A DNA stretch of 64,000 nt from an uncultured Candidatus Saccharibacteria bacterium (GTDB taxonomy: Bacteria > Patescibacteriota > Saccharimonadia > Saccharimonadales > UBA7683), in assembly GCA_964541305.1 (NCBI GenBank), contig CAZIPE010000006.1, forward strand, positions 1,957 through 65,956, written 5' to 3'. Below the pieces are notes generated by a model that was not told where the DNA came from, did not search any database, and was given only the letters and a program-made list of their open reading frames with translations. Below are positions 1 to 9,567 of this stretch, piece by piece; within the stretch, counting starts at the first letter, position 1, and every line of letters starts with the position of its first letter. The position numbers were made by a program, and so were the translations under genes.

Positions 1-835
1 CTCCTTTGCCGTCATCCCAGACTTGATCTGGTATCCAGTCAGATTTCTGGATTCCTGCCTTCGCAGGAATGACGATTCGTGCAGCTGGTTCTTCCATGAA
101 TGGTGCTTTTCTAGCTTGTGATTTTTCTGCTATTTCAAGTGCGTACTTGTTAGTAGGATGATGCACCAATAGATCATTTGCTGTTTGGTGATACGTGATA
201 TTTCGTTTTGCATTGACGTATTCATCCATCGAGGCATGAACATCCATATGATCTGGCTCAATCATCAATATAACTGCCGTTTGTGGAGATCTTTCAATAT
301 CCCATAGTTGAAAACTAGAAAGCTCAAATACGACGATACCAGCTTCACTGGCAGATTTTAGATTATTGATTATGGATTCTTGATCTATTACTTTTTGCAT
401 ATTGATTTTTGCATATTGCTCAATTTTATCTAGCACATCGAGTGCAGGAACACCGATATTACCAACCAACCATGTTTTATACCCTGCTGCTTCCAAAATA
501 GTGGAGATTAATGTGCTCGTGGTTCCCTTCCCTTTGGTGCCTGTTACTCCGATAATTGGTGCGGGGCATTTTTCAAAAAATTCGTTGGTTGCAGACCATA
601 TTTTTCCATGTGTCACAATTCGAGCAGGGTTAATCTGTGGACTACGGATTACAAGATCGTACTCATGAAGTTTTTCAAAAACTCCTTCACCCAAAAGAGT
701 TCTTGCACCTCCGGGAATATCTTCAACTTTATCTTTTTCATCAACGATAGTGATATCTGCGCCTAGCTGAGAATAATATCTATAACTTGCCTTACCTTCA
801 ACCCCAAAACCTGCTAGTGCTACTTTCAAATTCAT
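1..835 (-). CDS. murD: UDP-N-acetylmuramoylalanine--D-glutamate ligase, N-terminal part (gene runs off the left edge)
   Basis: My own translation of the minus strand from the ATG at 833-835 gives [17 protein letters not shown]...[19 protein letters not shown], which contains the Mur-ligase P-loop. It is absent from the ORF track because there is no stop codon inside the window. Confidence 0.8.
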   Translation of the reverse strand, partial: MNLKVALAGFGVEGKASYRYYSQLGADITIVDEKDKVEDIPGGARTLLGEGVFEKLHEYDLVIRSPQINPARIVTHGKIWSATNEFFEKCPAPIIGVTGTKGKGTTSTLISTILEAAGYKTWLVGNIGVPALDVLDKIEQYAKINMQKVIDQESIINNLKSASEAGIVVFELSSFQLWDIERSPQTAVILMIEPDHMDVHASMDEYVNAKRNITYHQTANDLLVHHPTNKYALEIAEKSQARKAPFMEEPAARIVIPAKAGIQKSDWIPDQVWDDGKG

Positions 836-899
836 ACCTAAATTGTACACTACTTATACCCCTTGTGTTTGTAAATAAAATATATGGTAATGTACATTA

Positions 900-1634
900 A
901 TGAAAAATAATCTCGATCTACCCTTGATCGAATCTTGTGTAACAAGTTCTCTGGTGCCCGAAGTTCGTCTTGATAGGTATTCTAAACAAGGGAGACTTAC
1001 TCGCGCACTGCATCTACTGGGACCAGGTTTATGTAGCTATTTACATGATTTTGTTTTTGTCGACACACTTCCAGTCGCTTCTAACAATCATGGTCTAGAG
1101 CTCTGTGACTATGGGCATGAATCGATTGCTTGGAAAACTACCCATAACGGAGCGAGCCATATATTTAAGATTGACCGAAGAAATATCAACCAGCAAGATG
1201 AAACAAGATCGCTTGAAGGAAAGGTCAAAGATTACAGGTACTTTAACTCTATTTTTGGAGATATCGTGACGCCAACAGCTTTTTGCGTTGTTCAACAGCC
1301 ATACCGTCTCGGTAAACCAACCATTGCACGCGTTCAGCCCTATGTTGAATACTCTTGTGACATTTTCTCATCAGAGCTCCCAGATGTGGACCCTGCGTGC
1401 GCTAGTTCATTCGTTTCTGGACTGTTAGAGTGCATAGATAACGGAAGAATTCCTGATGTTATCGGGCACCATAATATTGTGGTAACTACCTCGGGCGGTA
1501 TAGCTATACTCGATGCAACACACGCAATAACACTAACTGATCAAAATTGGGGCATGTCAATTGAAAGAATCAATCGTACTATAGATATGCTAACGGCATC
1601 TAATCAGGGTGCTCCGCTTAACACCTCTGCCTAA
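900..1634 (+). CDS. hypothetical protein, possible atypical kinase-like fold
   Basis: 244-aa ORF, the only plus-strand gene in this neighbourhood. A weak protein-kinase-like pattern is visible by eye only (HIFKID ... IPDVIGHHNIVV ... ILDA). Confidence 0.4.
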   Translation: MKNNLDLPLIESCVTSSLVPEVRLDRYSKQGRLTRALHLLGPGLCSYLHDFVFVDTLPVASNNHGLELCDYGHESIAWKTTHNGASHIFKIDRRNINQQDETRSLEGKVKDYRYFNSIFGDIVTPTAFCVVQQPYRLGKPTIARVQPYVEYSCDIFSSELPDVDPACASSFVSGLLECIDNGRIPDVIGHHNIVVTTSGGIAILDATHAITLTDQNWGMSIERINRTIDMLTASNQGAPLNTSA

Positions 1635-4225
1635 CGGCGTTTTTTGCGGTTCTGACGTTGGTTTTTGCGTTTTTTTCTAATAGCATTTTTCGTACGCGAT
1701 GATGGTACACTCACTTTTTTGACCACTTGCCCATCGAAGTCTTCAGCACTTGATGCTATGCCGGTTGTGATTTGATTCGCGTTATCAGTTGCCTGACGGG
1801 CGGCTTTTGTAAGTTCTGTTTCAACTGCTTCCTGAATATGGTGCGCATGCAGATGATTCAAGCCACGCACCACTTCACCACGGAGCGTCGCTTGCATAGT
1901 TTCAAACAAATTCTGTCCTTCACGACGGTATTCTACCAACGGATCTTTTTGACCGATAGAGCGCCAACCAATACCATTACGCAAGTGATCCATATTTTCT
2001 AAATGCTCCATCCATAGCTGATCGAGCACCTGGAGTACCGCTTCTCGCTCAACCTGGCGCATAATATCTACACCTAACGCCGATTCTCTTTCAACATACA
2101 GTTCGTAGGCATATTCTTTAAACACCTTCACGCGCTCTTTTTCAGCTTGAGTGGTTTTAAGTTCTTTCAGTTGCTTTTCGCTCAGCGGAAACACGGTTTG
2201 AAGTTCTTTATAGAATTCCTTCGGGTTATCTACTCGTTGCAAGGCCCAGCTAGAAGCCTCTTGTTCTACCATTTGGCGAATTTGCTTAGATATATCTTCG
2301 CTCATTAATGCGCGACGACGTATAGTGTATACCGCTTTGCGGTGTCGGTTCATGACGTCATCGTACTGAACGACATTCTTTCGGGCATCAAAGTTGAATC
2401 CTTCAACTTTCTTTTGGGCATTTTCGAGTGTTTTCGAAACAGTGCGGTTTTCAATAGCTTGATCTTCAGCTACGCCCAAACGTTCCATCAATGCTTTAAT
2501 GCGATCACCACCGAAAATACGCATCAGGTCGTCTTCGCAACTGACATAGAACTGAGTCATACCAGGATCGCCCTGACGTCCACAGCGACCACGAAGCTGA
2601 TTATCAATACGTCGAGATTCATGGCGCTCCGAACCGAGCACCACTAAACCACCGAGTTTTTTCACCCCCTCACCGAGAACAATGTCGGTTCCGCGTCCAG
2701 CAATGTTGGTGGCCAGCGTTACGGCACCACGTTGACCTGCTTTCGCGACTACCGCAGCTTCACCTTCGTTATTCTTGGCATTCAACACTTGGTGCGGCAC
2801 CTTTGCTTCACTAAGCAATCTACTCAGCACCTCATTCTTTTCAATTGAAACAGTACCAACAAGAACGGGCTGACCTTTTTTATGAAGCGTCTTTACTTCA
2901 GCAACTAACGCCTTGAATTTACCTGCTTCCGTTTTGTAGATTTTATCTGTTCGATCATCACGAATGATGTCTCGATTGGATGGGATTTCAATAACATCAA
3001 TACCGTATATTTGGTTGAACTCTTCGGCCTCGGTTGAGGCTGTACCGGTCATACCAGAGAGTTTATTGTACAATCGGAAGTAATTCTGGAATGAAATTGT
3101 CGCCAGTGTCATACTCTCCTCTTTGACGTCTACGCCCTCTTTGGCTTCAATGGCTTGATGCAACCCTTCGTTATAGCGTCGTCCATGCATAAGACGACCA
3201 GTAAACTCATCCACAATAATAATTTCGCCGTCGTTACTTACCACATATTCCTTGTCGCGATGGAATAGTGTCTGCGCCTTGAGGGCTTGATCAAGGTGAT
3301 AAATCAATCGAATATGCTCAGTGTCATACAAGTTTTCAATTTTTAGTAGCTTCTGAATCTTTTCTACACCCTGATCATTAAGCGCTACTGAACGTCGCTT
3401 TTCATCAAGTTCGTAGTCTTCAGGTGTAAGTTTTTTGACCACGTCTGAGAACATTCCATAACCACTACCACTGTCTGACGATGGCGCAGAAATAATAAGT
3501 GGTGTTCGCGCCTCGTCAATTAAAATGGAGTCGACTTCATCAACAATCGCAAAGTGAAGATCTCGCTGACGTAAGTTTTCTTGGGTATTTACCATGTTAT
3601 CGCGTAAATAATCGAAGCCGAATTCATTATTGGTACCGTACGTAATATCGGCAGCATAGGCTTCTTTACGGGTGCACTGTCGCAGATGTTTCAGCCGTGG
3701 GTCGGTGTGCTTTTCGTTCACATAATCTGAGTCGTACACGTATGACTCATCGGCAATAATAACGCCTACTTGCATACCTACGGCAGCGTACACCTCTCCC
3801 ATCCAACCCGCATCACGTTGAGCGAGGTAGTCGTTTACGGTCACGACATGCACACCTTTACCCTCGAGTGCATTAAGATACACTGGCAACGTAGCCACCA
3901 GGGTTTTTCCTTCACCAGTTTTCATTTCGGCAACATTACCTTCATGAAGTGCCATGCCACCTATAAGCTGTACGTCAAAGTGACGCATACCAAGCGTTCG
4001 TTTTGATGCCTCACGAACAACCGCAAACGCATGTGGCAAAATGTCATCAAGAGTCTTCTTGTCTTTCAATTGCTTTTTGAATTCATCAGTTTGCTTGGCA
4101 AGCTTCTCCAAGCTCATTTTTTCATATACTTTTTCAAGCTCGTTAATACTGCCGACTTTTTTTCTCAGTCGCTTAACTGTTTTCGCCTGTGGATCACCGA
4201 ATACTTTTTTCAGAACATTCTTCAT
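1631..4225 (-). CDS. secA: preprotein translocase ATPase SecA
   Basis: 864 aa with SecA motor motifs (MKTGEGKTL, DEVDSILIDEARTPLIIS, LATNIAGRGTDI) and a basic C-terminal tail. Confidence 0.97.
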   Translation of the reverse strand: MKNVLKKVFGDPQAKTVKRLRKKVGSINELEKVYEKMSLEKLAKQTDEFKKQLKDKKTLDDILPHAFAVVREASKRTLGMRHFDVQLIGGMALHEGNVAEMKTGEGKTLVATLPVYLNALEGKGVHVVTVNDYLAQRDAGWMGEVYAAVGMQVGVIIADESYVYDSDYVNEKHTDPRLKHLRQCTRKEAYAADITYGTNNEFGFDYLRDNMVNTQENLRQRDLHFAIVDEVDSILIDEARTPLIISAPSSDSGSGYGMFSDVVKKLTPEDYELDEKRRSVALNDQGVEKIQKLLKIENLYDTEHIRLIYHLDQALKAQTLFHRDKEYVVSNDGEIIIVDEFTGRLMHGRRYNEGLHQAIEAKEGVDVKEESMTLATISFQNYFRLYNKLSGMTGTASTEAEEFNQIYGIDVIEIPSNRDIIRDDRTDKIYKTEAGKFKALVAEVKTLHKKGQPVLVGTVSIEKNEVLSRLLSEAKVPHQVLNAKNNEGEAAVVAKAGQRGAVTLATNIAGRGTDIVLGEGVKKLGGLVVLGSERHESRRIDNQLRGRCGRQGDPGMTQFYVSCEDDLMRIFGGDRIKALMERLGVAEDQAIENRTVSKTLENAQKKVEGFNFDARKNVVQYDDVMNRHRKAVYTIRRRALMSEDISKQIRQMVEQEASSWALQRVDNPKEFYKELQTVFPLSEKQLKELKTTQAEKERVKVFKEYAYELYVERESALGVDIMRQVEREAVLQVLDQLWMEHLENMDHLRNGIGWRSIGQKDPLVEYRREGQNLFETMQATLRGEVVRGLNHLHAHHIQEAVETELTKAARQATDNANQITTGIASSAEDFDGQVVKKVSVPSSRTKNAIRKKRKNQRQNRKKRR

Positions 4226-4303
4226 GTAAGCTACTTTTGCCCTCTCTTAAAATCTCAGAAAATAACCTTCCTATTGTACCCTAATCTGGTAGTTATTTCG
4301 ATA

Positions 4304-4675
4304 TTATTCTGCAGGTTGCTTACGGCGAAGCAGTCGTCGCAGTTTTGAGCGGTGATCTTTTTTATTACCACCATGAGAATCTTTGTACTTTTTAAGCTGA
4401 TTTTTTATTTTCATCTCAACAATATCAACGGCTGCGAACATGTTGACGGTAGCTGCCTTGGCGGTAATTTGTTGTTCAGGGAGGTGTATTACTGCTTCAC
4501 ACTCGTATTTATCGCTCTTCGTCTTGCGCTCAACGAGTCTTACTTCGGCGTGCATACTTTCTCGTGCATGCTTAGGAGCGAGCCTGTCGAGCCGACCGAT
4601 CTTCTTCTTGATATATTTCTTAATATCATCCGCAGCTTCGTACTGTCTACTGCTGATTTCAAGTTTGGAAATCAT
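4304..4675 (-). CDS. hpf: ribosome hibernation promoting factor (RaiA/HPF family)
   Basis: 123 aa with S30AE-family features (ISSRQYEA...IKKYIKKKIGRLDR...ECEAVIHLP). Confidence 0.8.
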   Translation of the reverse strand: MISKLEISSRQYEAADDIKKYIKKKIGRLDRLAPKHARESMHAEVRLVERKTKSDKYECEAVIHLPEQQITAKAATVNMFAAVDIVEMKIKNQLKKYKDSHGGNKKDHRSKLRRLLRRKQPAE

Positions 4676-4687
4676 GGAACCTCCTTT

Positions 4688-5986
4688 TTAGATAACTTTT
4701 TTCCCGCCCATGTACGGCCATAGTACCTCGGGCACCTTCACTGTACTGTCCTTTTGCTGATTATTTTCTAGTATGGCTTTAAGTATTCTGCCCATCGCAA
4801 AAGCTGTTGCATCATTAGTATGAACGAATTCAATTGAACCATTTTTGCGCTTTGTGCGTGTTTTCAAACGACGCGCCTGATAGTCAGTCATATAATCCGC
4901 CGTGTGAGTTTCGCGGTAGGCGCTCTGTGCTGGCATCCACGTATTAATGTCTACACCTTGGGCATTGGGTTTACCTATATCGGCGGTGCATTTTTGAATT
5001 AATTGATAAGGCAATCCTAGCAACTGCATTAAATGTTCTTGCAAAGCAACTAAAAGCTTATGTTCTTCAAGGCCTGTTTCGGAAGTTGAAAATACTTCCA
5101 TTTCCATTTTGTCGAACTGATGCATTCTAAAAATGCCCTCAGTGTCTTTACCGTAAGAACCGGCCTCGCGACGGAAACTCGTTGAGTAAGCAACGTATCG
5201 AATTGGTAGTTCTGACTCTTCTAAAATTTCATCCATGTACATTGTGCACATGCTGTGTTCGGCGCTGGCATTCATCCAAAGTTCATCATCTGCAAGTTTA
5301 TAGGTAACTTCTTGAGCGTCTAGTCGAGCAGATGCTTCGTAAGGTTCGGTCTTCACCATCGCCGGGGGCAGTACTGGCACAAAAGGTGTTGGCTTTAAAT
5401 CGAGTTTATTTTCTTTAATCAGCTTCTTTATAACTGCTTCGTCGGTAACCGTATCAATAACAAGTTGCATAATTGCTAACTGGAGCTTAACAAGATCGCC
5501 TTTTATGTACGCAAATCTCGCACCAGCAACTTTTGCCGCCCGCTCTTTGTCGATGATATTTTTGGTTTTACCAATTTCACTTTCACTTTTAGGATCAAAT
5601 TCAAATACGGGCTTTTCGCCTACCGTTTTTACAATCTGATTCTCATCTTCGCTAACTCCAACCGGTACTGTATCTAAAGCGACATTCGGGACTGCTTTCA
5701 ATAGCGCCATATATTCTTTTTCGGTGGGTTCGAGCCGTACTTCTAGTTCGCCTAGGATTTCTTTTATTCTTTTACCTTCGGCAATAAGTTCAGTAGATGG
5801 CTGGCCATTCTTCATTTGAGCGGCGGTTTCGTTACGTGCCTTTCGAAGTTTTTCAACTTCTTGCATTAATTCACGGCGCTTGCTATCAACCGTAAGAAGT
5901 CTGTCAACATCAACTACTACGTTTTTGTTCTTAGCTGCCTCTTTTACTTTTTCGGAATTCTCGCGGATGAACTGAATGTCTAGCAT
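4688..5986 (-). CDS. serS: seryl-tRNA synthetase
   Basis: Class II SerRS with N-terminal coiled coil and FRREAGS motif. The start is set at MLDIQFIRE (ATG 5984-5986). The extra MGYNKD codons in the track ORF actually spell a GGGTATAAT promoter. Confidence 0.93.
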   Translation of the reverse strand: MLDIQFIRENSEKVKEAAKNKNVVVDVDRLLTVDSKRRELMQEVEKLRKARNETAAQMKNGQPSTELIAEGKRIKEILGELEVRLEPTEKEYMALLKAVPNVALDTVPVGVSEDENQIVKTVGEKPVFEFDPKSESEIGKTKNIIDKERAAKVAGARFAYIKGDLVKLQLAIMQLVIDTVTDEAVIKKLIKENKLDLKPTPFVPVLPPAMVKTEPYEASARLDAQEVTYKLADDELWMNASAEHSMCTMYMDEILEESELPIRYVAYSTSFRREAGSYGKDTEGIFRMHQFDKMEMEVFSTSETGLEEHKLLVALQEHLMQLLGLPYQLIQKCTADIGKPNAQGVDINTWMPAQSAYRETHTADYMTDYQARRLKTRTKRKNGSIEFVHTNDATAFAMGRILKAILENNQQKDSTVKVPEVLWPYMGGKKVI

Positions 5987-5992
5987 ATCTTT

Positions 5993-5998
5993 ATTATA
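5993..5998 (-). promoter_or_regulatory. -10 box (GGGG-TATAAT) 6 nt upstream of the serS ATG; implies a leaderless mRNA
   Basis: The minus strand reads GGGGTATAATaaagatATG, and there is no SD sequence between the box and the start codon. Confidence 0.5.
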
Positions 5999-6028
5999 CC
6001 CCAAACCCGCAGGTCGTGCCCATGTATA

Positions 6029-6904
6029 TTATTGTAAAAATAGTGAATCAATCTGTTTTTTTACATCACTAAATTTTAGTATTGTTTGGGGCTGTTCAAT
6101 AGATGTCTGCCCTGTATATGTGGTTGGCTTGAGAACGATTATCGTAGCTTCATTCTTGAGCTGTATTTCCTTCAAGCTACCCTCTTCGTCCATTGCTATG
6201 AAGAGTTTCTCACTTTTGCCAAAGGAGTTGTTGCATTCGTTTGTGTTCTTGCTTTTTCCGAAAACTGCAGCTATAAATTCATCTGTTTGATCATTTGGTG
6301 ATAGTTCATATCTCACCACTTGTGAACCATCAAGTGTAATTCGATCTTCGCTTACTAGCGTGAGGAACGGATGTTTTTTAAAACTCGCTCTTAATAACTC
6401 TTCTTTTGTATCGTAGCCTAAGAGTGACTTCCAGCACTGTATCGATTGAGAAACGTCAGTTTCTTGATCTAATTCAATCCATTTATTTTGATATTGTTTT
6501 ACGAGAGGTTGAATGTTTGCTGAAATAGACCGTGAAAGTGGATCGTCTCCTAAGTTATCGGCTATGTCCGTGGCGTTGAGTATTTTAAGATAGCTTTTTC
6601 CATCGGCAGAGATTACTTCAACCTTAATGGAATCTTTTGCACCGCTCAAAAGTGATACAGACGCACTGGTTTTGCTAGCATTTTTGTTTATAGTTGTCTG
6701 AAAATCTGCTGATATCGGATAAGGACTATCTGTGATCAGTTTGCCACTAAAATCTACCTGGTCAGATGAAAATACCTGTACTGTTTTTATAAGTGTATCT
6801 TCAAGTTTATTTGATTTGGCTATCTGTAGCTGCAGAAAAAGCAATCCCGCAATTATTACTACCGTGATTACAAGACCCACGACAACAAGCCATTTTCTAC
6901 GCAT
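6029..6904 (-). CDS. hypothetical membrane-anchored/secreted protein
   Basis: 291 aa with an N-terminal hydrophobic anchor (WLVVVGLVITVVIIAGLLFL). I recognised no family motif. Confidence 0.6.
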   Translation of the reverse strand: MRRKWLVVVGLVITVVIIAGLLFLQLQIAKSNKLEDTLIKTVQVFSSDQVDFSGKLITDSPYPISADFQTTINKNASKTSASVSLLSGAKDSIKVEVISADGKSYLKILNATDIADNLGDDPLSRSISANIQPLVKQYQNKWIELDQETDVSQSIQCWKSLLGYDTKEELLRASFKKHPFLTLVSEDRITLDGSQVVRYELSPNDQTDEFIAAVFGKSKNTNECNNSFGKSEKLFIAMDEEGSLKEIQLKNEATIIVLKPTTYTGQTSIEQPQTILKFSDVKKQIDSLFLQ

Positions 6905-7442
6905 TTTTAAATCTTTCTCTTAATACAGTAATCCAATATGGTAGTGTTGTTTTGTGTTTTTCGCCCGATAAAATTCGTTCTTCTAACTGATCGATACTCA
7001 TCCACCATGCATCTTGATAATCCTCTTTGCTGTAGTTTTCTGGCGCTTTTTCAGTACGATACTCGTATAGACTCATGACGCAACCAAAGTCGTCAAATAC
7101 CTTTTTACCTACTAGTATGAGTTCTTCGGCTTTCACTTTTAAGCCTAGTTCCTCACTCATCCCGCGAATAGCTCCATCAATATGATCCTCGCCACTTTGC
7201 ACATGCTCAGCCATCGAAAAATCAAGGCCGTCAGGTGCAACCTTACGCCAGGGTTGTCGTTTTGGAATCCAAATCTGGTTTTGAGAATTGACTAATATAC
7301 AGGCAGTGCCACGAAAATATTGTCCTTTTTTAACATATGACTCTGAATCTACGTGATGCGCCTCGCGCTCAACCGTGCCTACAACGTTGTCGTTAGTATC
7401 CACGAGATCAAGCAGTTCATCGTCTTCTTCAGCGTGTGTCAT
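6897..7442 (-). CDS. NUDIX family hydrolase
   Basis: 181 aa with a Nudix-box-like segment, GEDHIDGAIRGMSEELGL. Confidence 0.65.
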   Translation of the reverse strand: MTHAEEDDELLDLVDTNDNVVGTVEREAHHVDSESYVKKGQYFRGTACILVNSQNQIWIPKRQPWRKVAPDGLDFSMAEHVQSGEDHIDGAIRGMSEELGLKVKAEELILVGKKVFDDFGCVMSLYEYRTEKAPENYSKEDYQDAWWMSIDQLEERILSGEKHKTTLPYWITVLRERFKNA

Positions 7443-7445
7443 ATC

Positions 7446-8813
7446 TTACTCTGTTCTCAATGCCTCTACGGGATCAAGCTTGGCCGCCTTTCGGGCTGGA
7501 AGCATTCCTGCGAGCACTGCAACCAACATCAAACCTAAGACTAAGCCAATAACTGGTAGCGGTTCAAATATCAACAACTTTTCACCCTCACCCAGTTCGA
7601 TTGTTTTAGTAATCCAAGGATTGAGTAGCGTACCCAGCACTATAGCAAATCCCGCACCGAGCATACCACCAAGTAAACCTATCCACGCCGCCTCGAAGCG
7701 AAATAGCCATGCCACGTGACGCCTTCTCATGCCGAGCGCCTTCATTAGGCCAATTTGCTGAGTACGCTCAAGCACACTAATATACTGCGTGTTCACTATC
7801 CCAAAGACCGACGCAATGACTGCCAAGAACGCAAAACCAATTACAATACCCTGCAAAATACTTATAAACTGCAGGAGGAACTTTTGGGTGTCTTCAACAG
7901 AAAGCGTCTGAAAACCACGTGATTTAAGCTCGTCTTGAACGGCCTTAAGCTTTTCTGGATCTTCGCCGTTCTTCACCTTGACGTACACCGAGGGGAACTT
8001 TCGGTAGTCTGATGTACCTTTGGTAGATATATCATTCAACCGCAACGCCTCGTCATTACTAATGTACATATAGAGTTCTGTACCTGGTTGTGCCGTGACG
8101 GGTTTTTTCAGAACCGCCATAACCACAAATTCTTCAACTACTATATTCGAATTACTCAGCTTTTCTAACTGATCAGGCGTTGCACCCTGAGCTAGTTTTT
8201 GGGCAATTGCCTTAGTATCAAGGGGTTTGCGTACCGCCACTTCTATCTTTTTCCCAATTGCTTGTTCAGCTGAACCAAAGCCAAGTGGTTCAATATATCC
8301 TTCTGGTAAAAGTAGTCTGTTGTTCTGTAGATTCTTTGGTATGCTCCCAGCTAGCGTTTCAGGTTTTTGAGCAGGGCTATAGGCTTGAAGCGTAGCAATG
8401 TACTTTTTTGAACCTTCTCGTGTGACGTAGTTTGCATTAACTGCAACGCCTTCACGGACAGATTCCACACCATCAACCTTGCGTAGCTCGTCAACGTCAC
8501 TTTGATCTAATCGCTTTATTTGAGTGATTGCTCCTGAATTACTAGACGACGTACCAAAGTTCGGGTCATACTCGCGTGGTTTGCTCGTATCTCCATTACC
8601 AATAATTTGCTCGTCTTTCGTCACTATTAACTCAGCAGGATCAAAGTTATCGCTAATAACTTGGTTGATAAATGCTTTCGTTCCGGTACTTGCAGCCAAT
8701 GTTAGCGTGAGGGTAAATGCACCCACCCCAATCGCAAGAGCCGTAAGTAGCGTGCGAATTTTCGCTTGCTTAAGACTTCGACCAGCTCGGCGGACGATAT
8801 CAAGGGTTTTCAT
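7446..8813 (-). CDS. ABC transporter permease, FtsX/MacB type
   Basis: 455 aa: N-terminal TM helix, a large extracytoplasmic domain, then 3 C-terminal TM helices. Its stop overlaps the start of the upstream ATPase gene by 4 nt. Confidence 0.85.
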   Translation of the reverse strand: MKTLDIVRRAGRSLKQAKIRTLLTALAIGVGAFTLTLTLAASTGTKAFINQVISDNFDPAELIVTKDEQIIGNGDTSKPREYDPNFGTSSSNSGAITQIKRLDQSDVDELRKVDGVESVREGVAVNANYVTREGSKKYIATLQAYSPAQKPETLAGSIPKNLQNNRLLLPEGYIEPLGFGSAEQAIGKKIEVAVRKPLDTKAIAQKLAQGATPDQLEKLSNSNIVVEEFVVMAVLKKPVTAQPGTELYMYISNDEALRLNDISTKGTSDYRKFPSVYVKVKNGEDPEKLKAVQDELKSRGFQTLSVEDTQKFLLQFISILQGIVIGFAFLAVIASVFGIVNTQYISVLERTQQIGLMKALGMRRRHVAWLFRFEAAWIGLLGGMLGAGFAIVLGTLLNPWITKTIELGEGEKLLIFEPLPVIGLVLGLMLVAVLAGMLPARKAAKLDPVEALRTE

Positions 8814-9505
8814 TTCTTTCCACCCTTCTTGTTATTTTCAATTTTTACTAATTTACCATCTTTTATGTAGATTCGCATGTCGCACTTCGCCGCCAATTCA
8901 TTGTCATGTGTCACCACAATAAGCGTTACTTTCTTCTTTTTGTTATAGCTAAACAGTAAATCTTCAATTTTCGCACCGGTGACAGAATCGAGATTACCCG
9001 TTGGCTCATCTGCAAATAGAATTTCAGGCTCACCTGCAATAGCTCGCGCAACCGCCAAGCGCTGTTTTTGACCACCAGAAAGATTTTTTGCCTTTTGCTT
9101 CTTTTTTTCCAGCAGACCCACCTGATCAAGTGCCTTTTCAATAAGTTCTTTGCGTTTTTGACGTGGATAACGAGCTATCTCAAGAGGTAGACTTACATTA
9201 TCGTAACAACTTTCGTTACCTTGCACAAAAAAACTCTGGAAGATAAAACCAATTTTCTCACAACGAAATGAATCAACATCTTTATTCTTCAGTTTTAATA
9301 TGTCGACACCATCAATAATAATCTCTCCGTGTTGCGGATGGTCGAGCCCGCTGATAGCGTGCATTAAAGTACTCTTACCCGAGCCCGACTTCCCCACAAT
9401 CGCCACCGAAGAACCCTTTGGCACCTTAAAATTTATATCATCAAGTGCGTGAAACAATTGTTTTTTTCGGCCATACGTTTTCGAAACACTCTTTACTTCA
9501 ATCAA
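8810..9505 (-). CDS. ABC transporter ATP-binding protein (MacB/LolD-like)
   Basis: Walker A GKSGSGKST, signature LSGGQKQR, Walker B ILFADEPT. The start codon appears to be TTG. Confidence 0.92.
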   Translation of the reverse strand: MIEVKSVSKTYGRKKQLFHALDDINFKVPKGSSVAIVGKSGSGKSTLMHAISGLDHPQHGEIIIDGVDILKLKNKDVDSFRCEKIGFIFQSFFVQGNESCYDNVSLPLEIARYPRQKRKELIEKALDQVGLLEKKKQKAKNLSGGQKQRLAVARAIAGEPEILFADEPTGNLDSVTGAKIEDLLFSYNKKKKVTLIVVTHDNELAAKCDMRIYIKDGKLVKIENNKKGGKK

Positions 9506-9567
9506 GACCCCTCCACTTTCGTTATGTCTATGATTATAAAGTGTTTACTTAAAAATTGCGATGCTTA

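Noticed and set aside
402-668. 88-aa plus-strand ORF at the left edge
   Set aside because: It is antisense to the clearly recognisable murD reading frame, which carries the Mur-ligase P-loop.
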